Shown one piece after another: positions 1 to 5,928 of a DNA stretch of 41,403 nt. Position numbers and translations under genes: made by a program. The first letter of the stretch is position 1, and every line of letters starts with the position of its first letter. Source of the stretch: an uncultured Pseudomonadota bacterium (GTDB taxonomy: Bacteria; Pseudomonadota; Alphaproteobacteria; Rs-D84); contig CADCAA010000004.1 of assembly GCA_902799285.1 (NCBI GenBank), positions 1-41,403 on the forward strand, read 5' to 3'. The notes below the pieces were generated by a model that worked only from the letters and a program-made list of their open reading frames with translations, was not told the DNA's origin and did not search any database.

Positions 1-99
1 TACCGCCGATGGTCGTTGTGCCGTTGGCCAAGATGTAACGGTGTTCAACATATAACACAGGCAGGGGGGGCTGATTTACCATGACTATTCTGGACACTG
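1..99. repeat. Terminal direct repeat (circular assembly overlap), left copy
   Basis: 1-99 is identical to 41305-41403; the 99-nt length is typical of a k-mer overlap. Confidence 0.95.
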
Positions 100-905
100 A
101 ATTAAAATCAAAATTTTTGACTGTTATCTGTGACACAATTGTTAACAGCAAAAATCGTAATGATTTTGTTGTCCTGATGGATGAATTAGCCACTGCATGC
201 ACAGCATATACGCAAACTGATTTGTTGTCAAATAAAACATCTTTGTCAAGTTTTAGGGTTTTGGAACTTAATGAAACTGTTTCCAAAACGGAAAAAGTTG
301 CAAAAACAACTGCGCGTCCTGTGCGCGAACGGGTTAATTTGGCTGAAAAATTAGCGGATACCCATTTTGCTGATGTCAGCAATATGGTTGATGATGTTTC
401 AACCGATGATCGTGTTGCTGATGCCGGCAAAACGATTGATCCGGACCAAATAACACCTGTTTGGTTGTCTGAAAACGTCAATTTGGAAGAATATTGGGTT
501 TATGATTTTTCAAAACCTGTGACTATAAAATGTGGAAATTGTGGCTGCCCATGTGTTCAAACCGAATTATGGTTGGTTCATCGCCGCAAATATAAATTGT
601 CATTGGTGGATGCGGAATTTGCAACATTACATGCTTTGCATGATTTCCTGGATCCGCGCAAAGAATTGGCGGCCGAAAACAACATTTATCCACTTGAAAA
701 GATTGATGCCGAATTGGATGGCACCCAGGATAAACAACATACCAAATTACATGCGGATAAAAACCAATCGCAAATGAACCGTTTTATTGAATTTTATCAT
801 CAATTCAATGGTGATGCGGCACAAATTGCCACCGCGATGGGCATTCAGAAACAGTCAGTTTATGCATACAAAAACAAAGCAAAAACAATGGGGGTTTTAA
901 AATGA
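81..905 (+). CDS. Hypothetical early protein with CxxC-like cluster and C-terminal helix-turn-helix
   Basis: 274 aa; CGNCGCPC; C-terminal DAAQIATAMGIQKQSVYAY resembles an HTH; G-rich RBS upstream. Confidence 0.7.
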   Translation: MTILDTELKSKFLTVICDTIVNSKNRNDFVVLMDELATACTAYTQTDLLSNKTSLSSFRVLELNETVSKTEKVAKTTARPVRERVNLAEKLADTHFADVSNMVDDVSTDDRVADAGKTIDPDQITPVWLSENVNLEEYWVYDFSKPVTIKCGNCGCPCVQTELWLVHRRKYKLSLVDAEFATLHALHDFLDPRKELAAENNIYPLEKIDAELDGTQDKQHTKLHADKNQSQMNRFIEFYHQFNGDAAQIATAMGIQKQSVYAYKNKAKTMGVLK

Positions 906-1066
906 TTACGGCATTGGTTATTTATTGGGTTTTGGCCGCGGTTTATTGTGGCGCATCCATCGTTAAATTACGTCTTACAAACGTTTCGTTGCTGATATGT
1001 GGAATATTCGCACCGATACTTTGTTGGGTTATTTTTGGCGCACGATTGGTCGGGGGGCGGAAATGA
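902..1066 (+). CDS. Small membrane protein (54 aa, not in ORF track)
   Basis: ATGA overlap with upstream stop; MITALVIYWVLAAVYCGASIVKLRLTNVSLLICGIFAPILCWVIFGARLVGGRK has two hydrophobic segments. Confidence 0.6.
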   Translation: MITALVIYWVLAAVYCGASIVKLRLTNVSLLICGIFAPILCWVIFGARLVGGRK

Positions 1067-1182
1067 ATCAGCAATTACCATTATTTCCGGTTGATTTAAC
1101 AAAACCAATATTGGATGTGCTATATAACCCGCGCCGGGCGATTGCACGACGCAAAAAAACAGTTTGCCAATGCGGTCGTTAG
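1063..1182 (+). CDS. Small hypothetical protein (39 aa)
   Basis: ATGA overlap, GGGGGG RBS; MNQQLPLFPVDLTKP... Confidence 0.45.
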   Translation: MNQQLPLFPVDLTKPILDVLYNPRRAIARRKKTVCQCGR

Positions 1183-1321
1183 CATTGGCGGTATAATCGG
1201 CATTCTTTGTCTAAATCGTGAAAAATCCCTCCGAATATGCCGATTATATGGGGGCAAACATTGATACCCCCACCAATATGTCCGTGCGGATGGCTAGTAG
1301 TCCCCACGGACTCCCAGTTCC

Positions 1322-1419
1322 GGGGACTGTGCCGCAGATGGTTAGCGGGCCGGTGCAGAAAGGCGTAATTTTCACATGCACCGGCAGTCGTGGGTTCGAT
1401 TCCCACCAGTCCCCCGCCA
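1322..1419 (+). ncRNA. tRNA-like RNA with elongated anticodon arm
   Basis: Acceptor GGGGACTG/CAGTCCCC, D arm CCGC-AGATGGTTA-GCGG, T arm GTGGG-TTCGATT-CCCAC, 3' GCCA; anticodon arm is 35 nt instead of 17. Confidence 0.8.
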
Positions 1420-1517
1420 AGTTTTGGGTTGCACCTAGAAGAAACCATTGAAGAAAGGTGCATAAATGGTTGGTTTCCGCCCCGCCGGTGGGTGTCCCAA
1501 AAAAACCGGCAAATTAT

Positions 1518-1574
1518 GCGGGGGCAATGGTTGATACTTGCAACTGCCGGTTTTAATCATTGCCGCCCGCGCCA
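1518..1574 (+). ncRNA. Long hairpin ending in GCCA (acceptor/minihelix-like)
   Basis: GCGGG-GGCAATGGTTGA pairs with TTAATCATTGCC-(G bulge)-CCCGC, followed directly by GCCA. Confidence 0.55.
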
Positions 1575-1591
1575 AAACAACAGGGTCAAAT

Positions 1592-1906
1592 ATGATAATA
1601 CAACAACAATCTTTGATGCATAATCCGTTTGGATTGATCGGTGCATGTATGGCACACAGTCGTGGCATTTACGCAGCATGGACTGCACATAAAAGCAAAC
1701 ATAATCTTGCGATTGTATATAGCATTTTGAAAACAGATTATGGGTTATCTATTAAATCCCGGTGTCCGGAAACCGCAGCACAAATGGAACGAGATATTAA
1801 GGAAATTATTGCGCATTGCATGCCAGATACCGAATATGAAATTGAACAAGAATGTGAATACGTCCGTGTTTACAAATTACCAAGATTATCAAAGGACACA
1901 AAATGA
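1592..1906 (+). CDS. Hypothetical protein
   Basis: ATG at 1592 after AGGGT RBS; stop overlaps next start. Confidence 0.65.
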   Translation: MIIQQQSLMHNPFGLIGACMAHSRGIYAAWTAHKSKHNLAIVYSILKTDYGLSIKSRCPETAAQMERDIKEIIAHCMPDTEYEIEQECEYVRVYKLPRLSKDTK

Positions 1907-2298
1907 CAAGGATTAACGTTATTCCCGTCAGCGAATTGTCTGATCAGCACCTTATCGCCGAATACCGTGAATTGCCACGTGTGCTGAAACAAAACATCAA
2001 TATCACGGATGCGCCGCATGTGTATTGCCTGGGGCATGGCCACATGAAATGGGCAAAACGGCACAGCATATTTACCGCCCGCCGGTATGGTCAATTATTG
2101 CGCGAAATGCATCACCGCGGATTCAAAACCAATTTTACGGATTCCGGGCCGGAATTATTCACAGCACAAATGCGCGATTATGATTATGACCCAACGGGTC
2201 CGGACATCGAATTAAACCGCCAGCGCATTCGTGAAAAATTTAACATGAAACCGGATTGGTACCGCTGGACCAACCGCACAAAACCAAATTGGTTATAA
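1903..2298 (+). CDS. denV: Pyrimidine-dimer DNA glycosylase (T4 endonuclease V family)
   Basis: N-terminus MTRINVIPVSELSDQHLIAEYRELPRV, plus LGHGHM and W-Y-R C-terminal motifs typical of DenV. Confidence 0.9.
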   Translation: MTRINVIPVSELSDQHLIAEYRELPRVLKQNINITDAPHVYCLGHGHMKWAKRHSIFTARRYGQLLREMHHRGFKTNFTDSGPELFTAQMRDYDYDPTGPDIELNRQRIREKFNMKPDWYRWTNRTKPNWL

Positions 2299-2314
2299 AT
2301 CAAAAGGGGTTAAA

Positions 2315-2971
2315 ATGATTGAAAAATTAAGCGAATATGAAATCACTAGTCGAGATGGGTCTTTTATAAATGTAGAATGCAACACAAAAATAATAAATAC
2401 GCTAGTTCGAAAAATCAACGAACTTGTAGATGCTGTCAATGAAATGCAAGAAAGCCAGAACACATACTGGACAGATATTGCTGAAATAAAGAAAGAATTA
2501 CAAACTCGTGCCGAAAATGTGCAACCAGATGCCGAAAGTCGTCCGGAAAATGTGATAACCGACAAAGATTATATCACAATAACCGCCGACGATGTGCTTG
2601 TTGGTGGCGAATCTGTGCGTGAATATAACGGTGAAAAAATTTATAATTATTATCATTTGCCGGCGTATTTCAAAGAAATTAGGGATGATGTTGCGGAAAA
2701 AGGAATAAAATTACTGGAAATCCATTGTTTGCAATCATCAACAGACGGCGAATATGCCAAAACAGGCAATCCAATGCCCGATAAAGACGGTTGTTCTGCT
2801 TGGTGTCGTTGTGTATGGGAAAAAGACGGTGAAAAACATATTGGGTCGTGGGTGTTCTTCAACTCGTTCAGTTCGGCGGCCTATTGTGCGTACATCTGTG
2901 CGAACCACTGCGCGTACGCCGTTCGCGCCATCGCGGACTTCCGTTCGGCGGTCTTTGGTGGGCAAGATTGA
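2315..2971 (+). CDS. Putative DGR target protein (N-terminal coiled coil, Cys-rich C-terminal variable domain)
   Basis: C-terminal SWVF..SAAxCAxxCAxxCAxxVRxxAxFRSAVFG encoded by A-free constant codons and NNY variable codons. Confidence 0.75.
   Translation: MIEKLSEYEITSRDGSFINVECNTKIINTLVRKINELVDAVNEMQESQNTYWTDIAEIKKELQTRAENVQPDAESRPENVITDKDYITITADDVLVGGESVREYNGEKIYNYYHLPAYFKEIRDDVAEKGIKLLEIHCLQSSTDGEYAKTGNPMPDKDGCSAWCRCVWEKDGEKHIGSWVFFNSFSSAAYCAYICANHCAYAVRAIADFRSAVFGGQD
2843..2962 (+). other. Putative DGR variable region (VR)
   Basis: 40 codons, 74/120 G+C, only 12 A, all at codon positions 1-2 of NNY codons; no codon ends in A. Confidence 0.72.
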
Positions 2972-2998
2972 TAAAGCGTAATGCGTAAGGCAAAATTT

Positions 2999-3083
2999 GG
3001 GGTGTTCTGCAAGGTGCGTTTGAAATTCTAGATAGCACGCTTGCATCGGAAGTCCTGCCGTTCGACTCGGCAACGCCCCACCA
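2999..3083 (+). ncRNA. tRNA-like RNA lacking a D arm
   Basis: Acceptor GGGGTGT/ACGCCCC plus A-CCA; T arm TGCCG-TTCGACT-CGGCA; D and anticodon region replaced by one hairpin TGCAAG-GTGC...GCAC-G-CTTGCA. Confidence 0.75.
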
Positions 3084-3120
3084 AGAAAAAGGCAATATAT
3101 ACAAAATAAAGGAGGCGACA

Positions 3121-3480
3121 ATGAGTGATATGAAATGTCCGTTCTGTCAGCAGGGATTGGAAATGGTTTTACAATTAGCAGGTGCTGGCGGTTTGGTAGA
3201 AGAGGCATATTTATTATGTTCTAAATGTAATATAAGGGGTGAAAGAAAACTATGGCAAGAACTTAAAGACCTTTCCGATAAAATCGGAAAACTGGAACCT
3301 GAATTGGAACGCACACGCAAGGCATTGGATGTCGCAAAGTATGCGTTAAAAAACATAAAAGATGATATGAAAAAAGTAAAAGATGGTGATGATATATGGG
3401 AAATACAAAAAAATCTGCACGATTATTGTAAAACAACCATAAAACAAATAACAACACTAGAACAAAAGGATGTAAAATGA
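3121..3480 (+). CDS. Zinc-ribbon (CPFC...CSKC) plus coiled-coil protein
   Basis: AAGGAGG RBS; two CxxC motifs; ends in LEQKDVK junction. Confidence 0.75.
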   Translation: MSDMKCPFCQQGLEMVLQLAGAGGLVEEAYLLCSKCNIRGERKLWQELKDLSDKIGKLEPELERTRKALDVAKYALKNIKDDMKKVKDGDDIWEIQKNLHDYCKTTIKQITTLEQKDVK

Positions 3481-3854
3481 ACGACAGATTTAAGTTTAGA
3501 GTGTGGGACGATAAAGTATCAAAAAAATATTTTTACCTTGAATTAAAATTTGGCGACAATGGTTATCATCCAGATTTTATTACAGACCCAGTATTTGAAC
3601 AATGCACAGGTTTGAAAGATAAAAATGGAAACCTGATTTATATCGGTGACATAATAAAATGCGGCGATGGTCTATTTAGCACCGCTACTGTAGAATACGC
3701 AAATGGCGAAAACTTTATAGATGGCATATACCCATTTAATTTGTACCACGATTGTGGTGACGAGTGCCATTGTCAGTTGCGCGATTACCCTGAATATGCC
3801 TGTGAAATCATTGGCAACATACACGAACAAGCAGAACAAAAGGATGTAAAATGA
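3477..3854 (+). CDS. YopX family protein
   Basis: KFRVWD...EQCTGLKDKNGNLIYIGDII...EIIGNIHE motifs. Confidence 0.9.
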   Translation: MNDRFKFRVWDDKVSKKYFYLELKFGDNGYHPDFITDPVFEQCTGLKDKNGNLIYIGDIIKCGDGLFSTATVEYANGENFIDGIYPFNLYHDCGDECHCQLRDYPEYACEIIGNIHEQAEQKDVK

Positions 3855-4003
3855 AATACACAATAACACCGTCAGAACAAAAAGTTATAACATTTGCGAA
3901 ATTGCGTAAAATTGCCAAGATTTTATCAAATGAACCTTGTGATATTTGTGCCAAAGGCAACGGTTATGAATTGGATTTTTGTTATGGAAAGGACAAAAAA
4001 TAA
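3851..4003 (+). CDS. Small hypothetical protein (50 aa, not in ORF track)
   Basis: Starts at junction ATG; MKYTITPSEQKVITFAKLRK...CDIC...GKDKK. Confidence 0.6.
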   Translation: MKYTITPSEQKVITFAKLRKIAKILSNEPCDICAKGNGYELDFCYGKDKK

Positions 4004-4028
4004 CAGCACTGGAACAAAAGGACAAGTG

Positions 4029-4241
4029 ATGAAACTAACAGAAATAAATAACACCCAACATTATTGTACGGTTCGTTTTGATAAACAAACACCTGAACAC
4101 ATTGCGGTTCAAATTGGTATTGCCAACAACGGCACTATTGCTATTTGGAACAATCAAGATGGCGACCAAATAAATATACCGTTTAAGGATTTGGGTATTA
4201 AATACATTGTATTTGAAAAAGCAGAACAAAAGGATAAGTGA
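4029..4241 (+). CDS. Hypothetical protein (70 aa)
   Basis: Starts at junction ATG (MKLTEIN), ends AEQKDK. Confidence 0.7.
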   Translation: MKLTEINNTQHYCTVRFDKQTPEHIAVQIGIANNGTIAIWNNQDGDQINIPFKDLGIKYIVFEKAEQKDK

Positions 4242-4387
4242 TGTTTGGGGCGTTTTCAAAAAAACAAATAGGGCAGGTTGAAACAGTTGGCGATAGCAGG
4301 GGTCAGGTATTTAGAAAATTGGTGCAAAAAGGACTTGACCCAAACCAGTTTGAAATTCGTGAGTTGTTAGAACAAAAGGATAAGTAA
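4241..4387 (+). CDS. Small hypothetical protein (48 aa, not in ORF track)
   Basis: TGATG overlap; MFGAFSKKQ...LLEQKDK. Confidence 0.65.
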   Translation: MFGAFSKKQIGQVETVGDSRGQVFRKLVQKGLDPNQFEIRELLEQKDK

Positions 4388-4584
4388 TGACACAAATGCG
4401 TGATAGTTTGGAAATAATAGCACCCAAGGGGTTGATTCATTACATGGATGTGGTTATTCGTTCGTGTTGGGAAAAAATGTATGACGATGAATTTGGGGCA
4501 CTTAAATCACTGCTAGATAGTTGTAAATACTGTATTGAAACAGCAGAAAAGAAAAAATGGGTAAAACAAAAGGACGTGAAATGA
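4387..4584 (+). CDS. Hypothetical protein (65 aa)
   Basis: TAATG overlap; ends KQKDVK. Confidence 0.7.
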   Translation: MTQMRDSLEIIAPKGLIHYMDVVIRSCWEKMYDDEFGALKSLLDSCKYCIETAEKKKWVKQKDVK

Positions 4585-4733
4585 ATTTCATTATAAAAAT
4601 TTTCTGCGGGGTTGGAATGTTTGTTTTGGCCACTGCATTGGGACGTTGGTTGCCATCTTGGAATAATGTTATTTTCTGGATGGCTGGGGTAACTTATTAC
4701 GTATTCTTGGAAGAAATACGAAAAAAAGGATAA
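4581..4733 (+). CDS. Small membrane protein (50 aa, not in ORF track)
   Basis: Junction ATG; MNFIIKIFCGVGMFVLATALG...VIFWMAGVTYYVFL has two hydrophobic segments. Confidence 0.6.
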   Translation: MNFIIKIFCGVGMFVLATALGRWLPSWNNVIFWMAGVTYYVFLEEIRKKG

Positions 4734-4736
4734 ACG

Positions 4737-4874
4737 ATGAAACAATATCAATATGACTATATTTGCGCAATGCTTTGGAGTATTTTTGGGTGTATGTTGA
4801 ATGATCCATTAAGTATCGTTGCATGGATTGTAGGAATTGTTTACGGCACAATTGCCATTTTTTCAAAAAAGTAA
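4737..4874 (+). CDS. Small membrane protein (45 aa, not in ORF track)
   Basis: AAGGA RBS; MKQYQYDYICAMLWSIFGCMLNDPLSIVAWIVGIVYGTIAIFSKK. Confidence 0.55.
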   Translation: MKQYQYDYICAMLWSIFGCMLNDPLSIVAWIVGIVYGTIAIFSKK

Positions 4875-4886
4875 AGGCGGTGCAAA

Positions 4887-5306
4887 ATGAAACCGGCATT
4901 AAAACGCATTATTGATATAGATTTGTTAGTACCGGATGTGCCGCCAAAATTGAATTTTACCGATATTGAATGGGCGGCGGGTGTGGTTGCCAAACGTATT
5001 TTTAATCTTCGCACAACGCCGTATCATTACTGGTTTGGTGCAATATATGGCATTTATGCAAAAACAGATGATGGCAAAGATATTATTACCGTTGATAGTA
5101 TTGCGCCGCACAATGGGCATTTTGAATTGTTTTTGGATGAATTGGAAAAATACGCCGCGCGAACCGGTGAACGTATCGCGTTTTGTGCGTTTATGAATGA
5201 AAAACTGTACCGGCATATTCGCAAACGCCCAAATTGGGGCAACGCATTATCAACAATGGATCGGTTGGAATATTATCCACCAAAAGCACAAGAGACAGCC
5301 AAATGA
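4887..5306 (+). CDS. Hypothetical protein
   Basis: 139 aa, AAGGCGG RBS, stop overlaps next start. Confidence 0.7.
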   Translation: MKPALKRIIDIDLLVPDVPPKLNFTDIEWAAGVVAKRIFNLRTTPYHYWFGAIYGIYAKTDDGKDIITVDSIAPHNGHFELFLDELEKYAARTGERIAFCAFMNEKLYRHIRKRPNWGNALSTMDRLEYYPPKAQETAK

Positions 5307-5641
5307 AAACATTACATCTGGTTCTTAAAAGTAAATGGTATGACAAAATCGCCAGTGGCGAAAAGACATCGGAATATCGCGCATGCACACCGTATTGGAA
5401 CAAACGGTTATCGTATCTGTGCCGCGATGGCGCACACGGCGCAGACGATTATGCCAGATACAGCAATTATGATGGGTGGGATTTTACACCATATTGCGAA
5501 TATTCTCGCGTATGTTTTCATCGTGGTTATACAAATCAAACAATGGTTTTTGAAATAAACAAGGTCTTAATAACAACAGAACCCAACGACTTGGGGTTGG
5601 ACAAATGCTGGGAAATTAAATTGGGCAAACGATTGGCTTGA
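5303..5641 (+). CDS. ASCH domain protein
   Basis: MKTLHLVLKSKWYDKIASGEKTSEYR...PYWNKRL...FHRGY is the ASCH signature. Confidence 0.85.
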   Translation: MKTLHLVLKSKWYDKIASGEKTSEYRACTPYWNKRLSYLCRDGAHGADDYARYSNYDGWDFTPYCEYSRVCFHRGYTNQTMVFEINKVLITTEPNDLGLDKCWEIKLGKRLA

Positions 5642-5667
5642 TTTTATTTGATAAAGGTGGCACAGTA

Positions 5668-5928
5668 ATGACAAAACTTGAACATAAATTGACAAGAATG
5701 GCCAGCGCAAATGGTTATTCACCATCAGATACCGAATTGTATTCGGCATCTGGTCATCTTGTCCGGTTTTTGCGTGCTGTGACCGTATTAAAGAAAGAAC
5801 ATGACGACAAATTGCGTAATTTTGGCCCGGATCAGTTCCGAGAAACAAGACAAAGAATATTCGCTGCCGGCGCAGGTATCACGCCTGTCCGACTATGCGG
5901 CACGCCGGCAAATGACCGTATTGCGTGA
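5668..5928 (+). CDS. Hypothetical protein overlapping integrase start (possible directionality factor)
   Basis: AAAGGTGG RBS before ATG 5668; long overlap with integrase lowers confidence; function inferred from position only. Confidence 0.35.
   Translation: MTKLEHKLTRMASANGYSPSDTELYSASGHLVRFLRAVTVLKKEHDDKLRNFGPDQFRETRQRIFAAGAGITPVRLCGTPANDRIA

Larger units (their letters stand above)
1184..1574 (+). ncRNA. Structured non-coding tract (multiple helices, possible pseudoknot, tRNA-like elements)
   Basis: Helices 1192-1203/1237-1248 (12 bp), 1250-1254/1267-1271, 1280-1286/1305-1311, 1430-1436/1456-1462, 1518-1534/1553-1570; no convincing CDS. Confidence 0.65.
3460..4584 (+). repeat. Array of conserved gene-junction repeats (G/A)AACAAAAGGAYRWR(W)RATG
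   Basis: Copies at 3460-3480, 3834-3854, 4012-4032, 4224-4243, 4370-4390, 4564-4584; degenerate copy at 4720-4740. Confidence 0.9.

Noticed and set aside
1-99. 99-bp terminal repeat as a biological direct terminal repeat
   Set aside because: It cuts through ORFs, its length fits an assembler k-mer, and a gpA-type terminase implies cos packaging.
1350-1384. Intron-containing tRNA (bulge-helix-loop)
   Set aside because: The 18-nt excess is too short for a group I intron, bacteria lack the archaeal splicing endonuclease, and simple excisions give no U33 loop; kept only as a tRNA mimic.
2999-3083. tmRNA or two-piece tmRNA
   Set aside because: No G3-U70 pair, no tag reading frame and no permuted partner found.
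3460-4740. Junction repeats as a CRISPR array
   Set aside because: Spacings are about 145-375 nt and irregular, the intervals are ORFs, and no cas genes are present.
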